A stretch of 64,000 nt of DNA. It comes from Squalus acanthias. Lineage: Eukaryota. The notes under the pieces were generated by a model. That model worked only from the letters and a program-made list of their open reading frames with translations, did no database searches and was not told the DNA's origin. Of the stretch, positions 36,101-47,900 are shown in pieces. Made by a program: the position numbers and the translations under genes. The stretch's first letter is position 1. Each line of letters begins with the position of its first letter. The stretch covers positions 69,874,001 through 69,938,000 of the forward strand of contig CM059433.1 in NCBI GenBank assembly GCA_030390025.1, given 5' to 3'.

Positions 36101-38334
36101 TAATATAGTATAAAATTGTGACAAACCATACTCAATGTGGTGTAAAACAGAAAACAAAATATTCAGGCTCTGAAGGCTACTGCATTTTGCCTCTTGCGGT
36201 CAGCAACACTTTCAGGCCAATGACCGAAGCTCCCATTTCTTGGGCTAGAACCTTCGACTGCACCATGCATTAAACATAGTTGTTCAAAAAAGTAGTGTTC
36301 ATAAAGCTATTTTGCTGAAGACCAAACGTTTCTATGCTTTTTCCATGAACTCATACTATATACACTGCCATTAACACAATACTCGCTACAGACCACAACC
36401 ATTGTGTACAACTGCAATGGCGCTGCATGCTTAGAGAACATGAGGCATATTTGCCACAGGGTGCAACATTCTACACCAGTTTCTCATTCCCTGAAGTGAG
36501 GCACTCCACTACCACAGCTAACCCTGCACCCACAGGCTCAGCTGAGAAATAACTATAGTATCTGGTGGCAATGAGACTTTAACTTCTGCAACATTACTGT
36601 GAAGCAACCACCTTGAACACTTTTCTATCAGGTCAGTTCGTTCAGAATCTATAACACGTCCTTCTATTCACAGAAGTCCTAGAGCAAACCATCTACCAGT
36701 CTGTGGCTGATAGACTTCAATTGTCAAAAGATGATGCGCACCTCTCCAAACATACACACACATGTAAAGTGGGAGCATATTCCTCTATTCTAGATACACT
36801 GTACAAATGAAGCATCAATATTCATCACACGCAGCCGCACACTGAAATAAGCACTTAACTCGTAACTGCACTCATCGCCACAGGGACTAGGAGCAACATC
36901 TCAATGTAGTTACACCAAAAGAGAGATAATTCAAGAGCATCTCCTCATTACAGAATTAAACAGTCCTCAAGAGTACTTCTACAAAAAATTAAAGAATCAT
37001 CTAAATTATTTGAAATGGTTTGTTTTGAGTCTCACCATTACTGCAGTCATTGCAAAGCTGCTACAACTCTAAGAGTGCAGCGGCACACGCGAACATGTCA
37101 ACAACTTCTACTGTGAAACACCAACATTCTGCCATTTGTGATAAATTTCCATATTTAAAGGTCATCATATATCCAATTACTCTGTGCTGTCTATTAGACA
37201 ACACAGTGTAACCCATTATTTTGTAATAAAACAGCAAAAGTACTATATTACTACTGTCATCCGTTTCAGATTTGTATTGTGGGCTTACTTCACGCTCCAA
37301 TTTTGATTCTCTCCCTTTTCATGCCACAAATCAATTTCTCATTTGCAACCTGCTCCCAGATCTATGCTAATCAACTGCTATAGGTACATTAGTCAGGGAA
37401 GGGAGGGCAGGGGGCGGGAAAGAGCGACCTAGACAGCTTTTTGTTGATGTTCTTCATGGTAGAGTCAGAAGCATTACACAACGCAATGCACAGTGTATTA
37501 TTATGCTGCTAAGGGATAGCTCTGTGCAATACCGTCCTGACACTTTTAGGCCACAAGGCCTTAATGCCGTAAATAGGCATATCCTGAGGTCAGTTAGAGA
37601 GCAATTGCTCTTAGGCACATCCTGAGATTAATCAGAGTACTTTTCTTTGTTGGCAATATTTCTCTGAAACCAGCAGGAATTGATTTTTTTATACTTTACA
37701 TTTTCTAAAATGTGTGACAGAAATTTGCATGTGTGACACCTGAACTGTAATAGACGCTTCTCAAAGTTTAGATATTTAATAATAGGTCTCCCGTGGCATT
37801 GTTCATGGATAGTTTGGGGCATACTTCACGCTCCAATGTGATGCTTAGCTGATAACTTGGCCTGAACCTTTAAGGTAACTGCTCTGAATAAGCAAATTTA
37901 GAAATATTGTATCGACTTATAAACTGATGAAGTCAATCAGAGGGCTGTTATAAATGCTAATAAATTTCCAGGTCAACAACTGACTTTCTTTCTCTTTTCT
38001 TAAGGTTACTTTGCATCTGTGATAAAGTGTGACAATCTGAAACACAATGTCTGGAGCATGACAGATATGCACTGACCGCAAAACATATAGCCGGCAGGCT
38101 AATTATCAAAGCAGACAGATCTACGACACCAACTAACAAACCAGATTGATCAGGAACATTATGCTCTTTCAATAAACTGTGAAAATGATAGCAATATGAA
38201 CAGTGAAAGACATGGAATAACTGTAACATACAAACTCACATGAAGACCATAGCACATCCTTCCAAAAATAATCCTTGTAAGAACAACCAATATCATGCAT
38301 CCTCTTAGGTCATAGACATTGTAATGTATACACA

Positions 38335-39075
38335 ATGTGACAAATTTTGCTGTAGCAGGGCATCCAACGGTGTCTGCTGTTAGACATTCCCTCGCCCATT
38401 TAGGTTTTAAATTTTTTGCGTGTCAAGTTGCTGAAAGTGCGAGTTGATAACATTGCAGTGAGGGAAACAGGGCATCTGAGTGAACAGGAAAGCAACTGTG
38501 TAGCTCCATAACCAATCAGATTGAAGGATTGAGAAATAAACAGCACAAGGACTGAGAAGGAAGTGTAAATTAGAGTGGGTGAATTCAATGTCAAATCAGG
38601 AGCAGAAAGAGAGGGAAAGAAATATTGGATTGAGAAAAAAAGAGACAAAGGATGAGTAAAAAAAAAATTGAATTTTAAATTTAAAAAACCTCCAATAACA
38701 ATTAAAACCTGAAGGAATGAGACTCCACATGTGTAAGAGTTAATTTTCAGTACCAGAGAGGTTGACTGGCAGTAAATAACACTTATCACGTCGTTAAAAG
38801 GGTATTTACACTTGAAATGACAAGACTTAACTTTCTGTGGCGAATTTAGTTCATATCTGCTGCACAAATACAGCAGCTTCACGCCATTCAATACATTTTA
38901 AGGGTGAGCCAGGAAGCAAAGCTAACAGCGGAACGCACAACTCGGACAGCAACTTTTGGATATTCATGTTTAATCGTGCATCTGCCCCTCGCCTGAAGTT
39001 GCTGTACCATTTACGCATAAATATAACTGCGAGTGCCAGTAGCCTCACTGTTATTTTGACAGCAAAATCTGGCCT
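38335..39075. mobile_element. Putative PIF/Harbinger-like MITE
   Basis: Imperfect TIRs gacaaattttgctgt / acagcaaaatctggcc. Confidence 0.5.
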
Positions 39076-39134
39076 AATAACATTAATTTGCAAAGATCAA
39101 CATCCATAGAACCAAAAGCAAACTATGTCCTCCA

Positions 39135-39408
39135 AAATAACAACAGAAAACGCTGGAAAATTCAGCAGGCCAGGCAGCATCCGTGGAGAGAAAGAGAGTT
39201 AACGTTTCAGGTCGAAGACCTTTCGTCAGAACTGGAAAAAAGCAGGAAATGAAATAGATTTAAAGCAAGTATAATGCTGGGAAAAGGGGGAGGGGATGAA
39301 AGAACAAAAGGGAAGGTCAGTGGTAGGATAGAAAGCAGGCCTGCTGAGTTTTTCCAGCGTTTTTTGTTGCTATTTCGGATTTCTAGCATACGCAGTATTT
39401 TGTTATCG
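39135..39408 (-). mobile_element. 274-bp non-coding PLE derivative with inverted ends and 11-bp TSD
   Basis: tatgtcctcca at 39124-39134 and 39409-39419. The ends are inverted copies of the same pseudo-LTR as in 8443-9303. Confidence 0.88.
39197..39233 (-). ncRNA. Minimal hammerhead ribozyme motif, intact core
   Basis: Minus strand agtt-CTGACGA-a-aggtc-ttc-gacct-GAAA-cg-TT-aact. Confidence 0.8.
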
Positions 39409-40964
39409 TATGTCCTCCAGAACCTTATAAACAAGAATTTAAGCAGGTTATCTCCATTTAAATATTACATATTCATTTTCCTCCTCCCTACAATTCCAAG
39501 ACATTGGCCAATCTGTTCAGTCATGTACAGGGCAGAGTCAAATGTACACATAGGTAAGTACTTCTGGATGACTTTAAAGTTATTCTACCCAAGGAAGAAG
39601 GAACTGTGGGAGATTCAGCAGGTTACATATTTAATATATGCACTTCCAATAATGAACTGCCAATAGCACAATCAATAATCCATCCAAGTGAAAATTATGT
39701 AGCAACTGCTCTGTGCACTAACAATTACTATCAGTACACATACTGAGTAATAACTGAATAAAACCCTATAAAACGAGAAAAATATTAAAGATAACAAATA
39801 CCTTGAAGTGACTTTAAAGCAATAGTCTATTTTCATGTTTTAGGTGATATTTAGAAAGCAAGCTGTAGTGTTGTCCTTACAGTTTTGGATATCTGTTCCC
39901 CCAGTTAGATTAGTGCACTATAAATCTCACCCCGGTGATAATTATTCTGTATCTATAACCACTGTCAAAATATTCAACCAGTAGTACTTGAAAACTTCTC
40001 ATTGCTTGCCCCCCGCCCCACATTACCCCGCAGCCGTGGACAGTTCCAACTAACTTACGGTCATGATTGTTGAGTAGATTGGGTGGATTCTGTACAGCCA
40101 TATATACCTTGATATCATTTACTCATATACAGTCATCATTTTTCCTGGTTGATCATAATTCATGAGGACTAATCTGATTTCGGAAAGTCAGACAGACAGA
40201 CTCAGGATTCAAAATACTTAGTCAAACCACTGAAAATGCAAATTCAATTTATGATGTCATGAGACTCCCTCCATTGGGTTGCAGGCTTGCAACCACCTCC
40301 ACTGGGCAGGTATTGTCTACATCACAGAAAAACCCAGACAGGATTTGTAATGATGCAAAGTGTTTTGATTATCCACAGATAAATCGTTGGCTGCAGCCTT
40401 ACTGTAAGCTACACTTCAAATTACAAATAAAGGCTCAGCAATACTTTTTTAAATCATTTTTTTCATGTTTTCACTCAGGTAAAACCTCACAAGTTTGGGG
40501 GGGGGGGGGGGAGGAGAGATTTGGCAGTTAATGAGTTTATTTTATTTAAAAACCATATACATATAGGCCTCTTACTGTAAGCCTCTTAAAGAATTCTGTA
40601 TACCTTGGATCCCAAATTCCTACACTATAATTCTTGACGAACAGGTGCTTAGTAACAAAAGTTTTTTTTTAAACTATATAGTTGAAGCTTAGATACTTGA
40701 CTTGACTTCAAATTTCAGAATGAATAATACAAAACATTCTTCCCCACCCCCAGATTTCTCCTCTTTTCTAATCTTACCTGAAGACACTGACTCTTTCAGG
40801 GATGCAGTTCCCACAGGTGGTGGAACCTTCCAGTAACTCACCCATGTGAGCCTAGAAAGTCTGTGTCAACAGACTATGTGACCTCCTTGGGGGAGGGAGG
40901 GGTTGGGAGGAAGGGAGGTTGGTGAAGCATCAGAGCCATACTTGATCCTGTCCTCCTCATGTGG

Positions 40965-41143
40965 CCGATATAGAACCATTACCAGAACAGCAGCTACTGT
41001 GCTGAAGAAACTGTGCATCAGCTGTTTCAACAGTTACAACTCCTCCCAGGATGTCATTATTTACCGAAGGCTCTCAGGAACTTTAACGCTCAGACATTGC
41101 CCATCTTTTACAGTACGGCATACCAGTCAGTATCTCGAGACAC
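40965..41143. repeat. Unclassified ~179-bp dispersed repeat, copy 2, inside an AmnSINE2-like SINE
   Basis: Matches 30538-30715. The flanks are SINE sequence. Confidence 0.9.
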
Positions 41144-41613
41144 CTTTCACCTTCTTAGCCCCCAGGGACATTGGGGCAAATTATGTCATAACTAGCACCC
41201 TGGCTGAGATCAGGAATTGACTGAGAATTACCTGGTGCTATGAGCCATTGCGGAAACCTATATATTATTCTCATATTTAACAAACAAAATTCCAATTCTG
41301 TTCCTATTTTCACAATGCCATATTTCAGATAATAGCCAGAAATGTAAAAGACAAATAATTTTAGTTAGGATTCTCATACCGGCCATGAATAAATTACTAT
41401 TATTCTGTCACCTGGACTGAATTCCAATCATGTCCCAGAGGTGACAAAACAGTTTAAATTACTGCAGCACCAAATCTCTCCACTTGCTTTTATTTTACGT
41501 TGCCTCATTAAACCTAGATTTGATCCACTCAAAAGGCGCACCATATGCAATACATAACTAAACTTTAGTAAATGATTGACTGAAGATACCATACATCGTC
41601 ACAACATCTACAA

Positions 41614-41988
41614 CAGTGTTGTCCAATACGTTAGCCACCAGCCACATGTTGCATTTCCGATTACTAAATTAAAAAAATGAATAGACACCGTCCTTAGGCA
41701 TGTTTGCTGTCATATGCATGTGTACTTTAACCTTTTTGTACGTTTCTTGATAAAATTGTATGATGAAAAGTAGTGTGTGTGTTTTTTGATCAATGTGAAT
41801 GCTTTACTTCCTTGGGTATTGAATGGTGGTAGATATTTGTTGAGTAAATATACACATATGAAGTACATTTAGCTGTATTGCGTGAGCGCATGTCAAGCGT
41901 TTTTCTACTAGAATTTTTGCATATGGCTAAAACGATTTAGCCGTAACCACACCTGTGGCTAGTTAGCAATTTTTATTGGACAATACTG
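41614..41988. mobile_element. hAT-Charlie MITE (MER3/Charlie1-like termini)
   Basis: 15-bp TIR cagtgttgtccaata / tattggacaatactg (1 mismatch). Subterminal tagccaccagccacatgt and gtggcta motifs. Confidence 0.8.
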
Positions 41989-42284
41989 GTGTACAGACAG
42001 TTCAATTACTCAAATCAAATTGAAAGATCCAAATTAATGCTTACAGACATATGATAATTTGTGATAAAACAATTTGATCAAACTGGAGAACTAATGATTA
42101 TTATACTCTCCACTATATCTTTAGAAAAACTGTGCCAATATACTGAAATCTACAGTAACCAAGCTTGAGATAAATACTGCTTAAAACAAATTCAAAATAC
42201 AATTCCATGAATATAGAGTATGGACTACAATGCCCAAGTGGGCACATAGCCTGCACACACAATATTCCAATCAGTATCCCTTAC

Positions 42285-42690
42285 GGGTACAGCAGTGCAA
42301 TGATTATGTTATTGAACTAGTAATCCAGAAAATGCGAGTTCAAATCACACCATGGCAGTTTGAGAATGTGAATTAATTTTTTTTTTAAATCTGGAAATAA
42401 AAGAAAACTGGTATCAGTAAAAGTGACGATGAAGCTGTTGGATTATCGTACAAAAATGGGTTCACGAATGTCCTTTAGGGAAAGAAACCTTACCCGGTCA
42501 GGCTTAGATGTGACTCCAGTGACTCTTAGCTGCCCTGTAAAGTGGCCTAGCAAGCCACTCAGTTCTATCAAACTGCTACAAATAATACTACAGCGGTTCA
42601 TGGAAGTAGGCCCACCACCAGCAACTCGGAACAAGGGATAGGCAACCAATGCCGGCCTTGCCAGTGACACCCACATCCTGAGAATGATTA
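42285..42690 (+). mobile_element. tRNA-derived SINE with 3' tail of the second CR1-clade LINE family
   Basis: B-box-like gagttcaaatc. The tail aatgccggccttgccagtgacacccacatcctgagaatga matches the LINE tail at 6775-6818. Confidence 0.75.
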
Positions 42691-42884
42691 TTTAAAAATG
42701 AATATTTAAAACTGATAAGCACTGCACATGCTCCAGAGCATACCATTACATGTTACCTCATGAAACAATATATTTTATTAATTTATTTCTTCAGTTCCAA
42801 GTGAACCACCTTGACTGATATAAGCAGGTCTATGGTAGCTGATTGAAATAAAAGTCGTTGATATGGTTGAAGCCCAAAGAAAAA

Positions 42885-43312
42885 AAACTTACATTTATAT
42901 AGCAGCATTCATATTCTTAGGATGTGCCAAAGCAGTTCACAGCCAATGAAGTACTTTTGGAGTGCAGTTACTTTGTTGTGTAGGAAAAGATGGTACTTAA
43001 TTTGCACACGGCAATGTCCCACAAACAGCAATGAGATAAATAACTAGATAATCTACTTTTGTTGGTGTTGGTTGAGGGATAAATGTTGGCCAGGACACTG
43101 GGAGAACTCCCCTGTTCCTCTTCTAATCATGCCATGGGATCTTTTATAGTCACCTTAGAGGGAAGACGGAGGCCTCGGTTTAATGTCTCAACTGAAAGAC
43201 AGCACCTCCAACAGTGCAGCACTCCTATGTACTTGAAACCTGCAGTGGGGTTTGAATCCATGATCGTCTGATTCAGAGATAAAAATGCTCCCATTGAGCC
43301 AAGGCTAACACC
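42885..43312 (-). mobile_element. DeuSINE (SacSINE1-like), near full length
   Basis: Homologous to 1669-2124. Confidence 0.85.
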
Positions 43313-43687
43313 CAAAGAAATAAGATAACAGGAAGTCATACAGCAATCAGTATTATTTCAATATAATATAGCACAACTACAAAAACAGGCCTGATCAATG
43401 CTACACGTATTACAATACAGTTACCATGAAATCTTGGGAGTTTAATTTTGAAATACATGTATATTAATATATAGCAGCAAATTACAAAAGTTCAACGTTC
43501 CAAAAATCCATGAAACGTCTTTTAAAAACATAGAAGTCTCAATAAATTTGCCCTGCTTTAAGGAACAAGATCCATGACCAAGAATCCTGTTGGCCTACAT
43601 TTTCTCTACAACACAGGTATGCTTGCATTTTCTAATCTACTCCAGTACATCCCAAGTCCACTCCTGTTCATCCCAAACCCTTTCCTG

Positions 43688-44490
43688 CACATCCCAGCCC
43701 CCGCTCCGCGACATCCCAGCCCCCGCTACGCGACATCCCAGCCCCCGCGCTCCACGACATCCCAGCCCCCGCTCCGGGACAGCCCAGCCCCCGCTCCGGG
43801 ACAGCCCAGCCCCCGCGCTCCGGGACAGCCCAGCCCCCCCGCTCCGGAACATCCCAGCACCCCTGCTCCTGGACATCCCAGCCCCCCCGCTCCTGGACAT
43901 CCCACGCCCCCCCGCTCCTGGGCATCCCAGCCCCCCCCCCGCTCCTGGGCATCCCAGCCCCCCCGCTCCTGGGCAACCCAGCCCCCCCGCTCCTGGGCAT
44001 CCCAGCCCCCCCGCTCCTGGGCATCCCAGCCTCCCCGCTCCTGGACATCCCAGCCCCCCCCGCTCCTGGACATCCCAGCCCCCCCCCCGCTCCTGGACAT
44101 CCCAGCCCCCCCCCCCCCCCCACGCTCCTGGACATCCCAGCCCCCCCCCCCCCCCCCACGCTCCTGGACATCCCAGCCCCCCCCCCCCCCCCCCCACGCT
44201 CCTGGACATCCCAGCCCCCCCCCCCCCCCCCCCCCCACGCTCCTGGACATCCCAGCCCCCCCCCCCCCCCCCCCACGCTCCTGGACATCCCAGCCCCCCC
44301 CCCCCCCCCCCCCCTGGACATCCCAGCCCCCCCGCCCCCCGCTCCTGGACATCCCAGCGCCCCCCCCCCCCCCGCTCCTGGGTATCCCAGCCCCCCCGCT
44401 CCTGAACATCCCCCCGCTCCTGGACATCCCAACGTCCCCCACCCACCCTCCCCCCGCTCCTGGGCATCCCAGGCCCCCCCGCTCCAGCTC
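43688..44490. repeat. C-rich minisatellite (cgctcctggacatcccag-C(n)), unit ~22-37 bp; G-quadruplex-prone on the minus strand
   Basis: Directly visible tandem units with poly-C runs lengthening towards the middle. All overlapping Pro- or Gly-rich ORFs derive from it. Confidence 0.97.
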
Positions 44491-44499
44491 GGAATCAAT

Positions 44500-44980
44500 T
44501 CCATTCCTCAATAATGCGAGCGATTTAATCCGGATCCCGGTGGGAGCTCCAGACACCGAGCCGGACATTAATTCCCAATGTTAACTCCAGCCGCCTCCCA
44601 CCAGCTCTCCGGGGTCCGGCTGTTGCTCCCCGGAGTCAGAGGCCTGGATTCACCCACCGGCAGCGAGCGAGCGGCCGCGGCACGGCGCAGCTCCCCTCCC
44701 CTCCCGGCCTGGCCCTGGCCCTGGCCCCAGCCCCGTCCCGGCGCACCTCACCTCACCTCCCCGCCCGGCCTCGACCCCGACCCCGACCCCGACCCCAACC
44801 CCAACCCCGCGCTCCCGGCCCGGCCGCTGCCGACACTCACCTCCTGCCCGCCGGATCCGAATCTCTCCTCCGGGTTGCCCAGCTCGGTCCGCCCACAGCG
44901 CCGCGATCCCTCCCGACCTGTTGCGGAGCCGCAGTGTCACAGCAATAACATGGCGCTGACAGCGGGGGAGACAGGAAGAG
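44500..44980 (-). promoter_or_regulatory. CpG-island-like candidate promoter / 5' end of an unidentified gene
   Basis: Only CpG-dense unique stretch in an otherwise CpG-depleted window. YY1-like AACATGGCG at 44947-44955. (ccccga/ccccaa)n at ~44773-44808. Confidence 0.7.
44841..44970 (-). other. Candidate non-coding first exon with 4-codon uORF
   Basis: Consensus donor GAG|GTGAGT at 44841/44840. GCCATG TTA TTG CTG TGA at 44951-44937. The 5' boundary is unknown. Confidence 0.55.
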
Positions 44981-44984
44981 GGCA

Positions 44985-47900
44985 GAGAGAGAGTGGGAAA
45001 CAGGGGGAGGAGTCAGAGAGAGAAACAGGGGGAGGAGTCAGAGAGAGAAACAGGGGGAGGAGTCAGAGAGTGAGAAACAGGGGAGGAGTCAGAGAGTGAG
45101 AAACAGGGGGAGGAGTCAGAGAGAGAAACAGGGGAGGAGTCAGAGAGTGAGAAACAGGGGGAGGAGTCAGAGAGTGAGAAACAGGGGAGGAGTCAGAGAG
45201 TGAGAAACAGGGGAGGAGTCAGAGAGTGAGAAACAGGGGAGGAGTCAGAGAGTGAGAAACAGGGGGAGGAGTCAGAGAGTGAGAAACAGGGGAGGAGTCA
45301 GAGAGTGAGAAACAGGGGAGGAGTCAGAGAGTGAGAAACAGGGGGAGGAGTCAGAGAGTGAGAAACAGGGGAGGAGTCAGAGAGTGAGAAACAGGGGGAG
45401 GAGTCAGAGAGTGAGAAACAGGGGAGGAGTCAGAGAGTGAGAAACAGGGGGAGGAGTCAGAGAGTGAGAAACAGGGGAGGAGTCAGAGAGTGAGAAACAG
45501 GGGGAGGAGTCAGAGAGTGAGAAACAGGGGAGGAGTCAGAGAGTGAGAAACAGGGGGAGGAGTCAGAGAGTGAGAAACAGGGGAGGAGTCAGAGAGTGAG
45601 AAACAGGGGAGGAGTCAGAGAGTGAGAAACAGGGGAGGAGTCAGAGAGTGAGGAAAAGGGGGTGGAGATAGAGAGTAAGTCACCAGGGGAGGAGTCAGAG
45701 AGTGTCAACAGGGGCGGAGTCAGAGAGTGTCAACAGGGGAGGAGTCAGAGAGTGAGCGACAGGGGGAGGAGTCAGAGAGAGAGAAACAAGGGGAGGAGTC
45801 AGAGTGAGGAAAAGGGGGTGGAGTCAGAGAGTGAGCCAACAGGGGAGGAGTCAGAGAGTGAGGAAAAGGGGGTGGAGTCAGAGAGTGAGTCAACAGGGGA
45901 GGAGTCAGAGAGGGAGTCATCAGGGGAGGAGTCAGAGAGTGAGAAACAGGGGGGAGGAGTCAGAGAGTGAGAAAAAAGGGGAGGAGTCAGAAAGCGAGAA
46001 AAAGGGGGAGGAGTCAGAGAGTGAGAAACAGGGGGAGCAGTCAGAGTGAGAAACAGGGGGAGGAGTCAGAATGAGAAACAGGGGAAGGAGTCAGAGTGTG
46101 AGAAACAGGGGGAGGAGTCAGAGGGTGAGAAACAGGGGGAGGTGTCAGAGAGTGAGAAACAGGGGGAGGAGTCAGAGTGAGAAACAGGGGAGGAGTCAGA
46201 ATGAGAAACAGGGGGAGGAGTCAGAGTGTGAGAAACAGGGGGAGGAGTCAGAGGGTGAGAAACAGGGGGAGGAGTCAGAATGAGAAACAGGGGAAGGAGT
46301 CAGAGTGTGAGAAACAGGGGGAGGAGTCAGAGGGTGAGAAACAGGGGGAGGTGTCAGAGAGTGAGAAACAGGGGGAGGAGTCAGAGGGTGAGAAACAGGG
46401 GAGGAGTCAGAGAGTGAGTCAACAGGGGAGGAGTCAGAGAGTGAGAGACAGGGGGAGGTGTCAGAGTGAGAAACAAGGGGAGGAGTCAGAGAGTGAGGAA
46501 AAGGGTGTGGAGTCAGAGAGTGAGTCAACAGGGGAGGAGTCAGAGAGTGAGTCATCAGGGGAGGAGTCAGAGAGTGAGAAACGGGGGGAGGAGTCAGAGA
46601 GTGAGAAAAAAGGGGAGGAGTCAGAAAGCGAGAAACGGGGAGGAGTCAGAGAGTGAGAAACAGGGGGAGGAGTCAGAGTGAGAAACAGGGGGAGGAGTCA
46701 GAATGAGAAACAGGGGAAGGAGTCAGAGTGTGAGAAACAGGGGGAGGAGTCAGAGGGTGAGAAACAGGGGGAGGTGTCAGAGTGAGAAACAAGGGGAGGA
46801 GTCAGAGAGTGAGTCAACAGGGGAGGAGTCAGAGAGTGAGTCAACAGGGGAGGAGTCAGAGAGTGAGAGACAGGGGGAGGTGTCAGAGTGAGAAACAAGG
46901 GGAGGAGTCAGAGAGTGAGAAACAATGGGAGGAGTCGTAAGTGAGAAACAGGGGAGGAGTTGGAGTGAGAAACAAGGGGAGGAGTCAGAGAGTGAGAAAC
47001 AGAGGGAGAGGAGTCATTGAATGAGGAAAAAGGGGAGGAGTCAAAGCAAGAACCAGGGGGAGGAGTCAGAGAGTGAGAAACAAGGGGAGGAGTCAGAAAG
47101 TGAGAAACAGGTGGAGGAGTCAGAAAGTGAGAAACAGGGGGAGGAGTCAGAGTGTGAGAAACAAGGGGAGGAGTCAGAGAGTGAGAAACAAGGGGAGGAG
47201 TCAGAGAGTGAGAAACAAGGGGAGGAGTCAGAGAGTGAGGAAACAAGGGGAGGAGTCAGAGAGTGAGAAACAATGGGAGGAGTCAGAGAATGAGAAACAG
47301 GAGGAGGAGTCAGAGAGTGAGAAACAGGGGGGAGGAGTCAGAGAGTGAGAAAAAAGGGGAGGAGTCAGAAAGCGAGAAACAGGGGGAGGAGTCAGAGTGA
47401 GAAACAGGGGGAGGAGTCAGAATGAGAAACAAGGGGAGGAGTCAGAGAGTGAGGAAAAGGGGGTGGAGTCAAAGAGTGAGTCAACAGGGGAGGAGTCAGA
47501 GAGTGAGTCAACAGGGGAGGAGTCAGAGAGTGAGTCAACAGGGGAGGAGTCAGAGAGTGAGTCAACAGGGGAGGAGTCAGAGAGTGAGAGACCGGGGGAG
47601 GTGTCAGAGTGAGAAACAGTGGGAGGAGTCAGAGAGTGAGTCAACAGGGGAGGAGTCAGAGAGTGAGTCAACAGGGGAGGAGTCAGAGAGTGAGAGACCG
47701 GGGGAGGTGTCAGAGTGAGAAACAAGGGGAGGAGTCAGAGAGTGAGTCAACAGGGGAGCAGTCAGAGAGTGAGTCAACAGGGGAGGAGTCAGAGAGTGAG
47801 AAACGGGGAGGAGTCAGAGAGTGACAAACAGGGGGAGGAGTCAGAGTGAGAAACAGGGGGAGGAGTCAGAGAGTGAGAAACAAGGGGAGGAGTCAGAGAG

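Noticed and set aside
43470-43492. miR-15/16-like seed tagcagca
   Set aside because: No further similarity to the mature miRNA and no hairpin.
43574-44584. Long Pro-rich and Gly-rich ORFs on both strands (extensin- or formin-like appearance)
   Set aside because: They are open in five frames only because the minisatellite lacks stop codons. The frame depends on homopolymer lengths.
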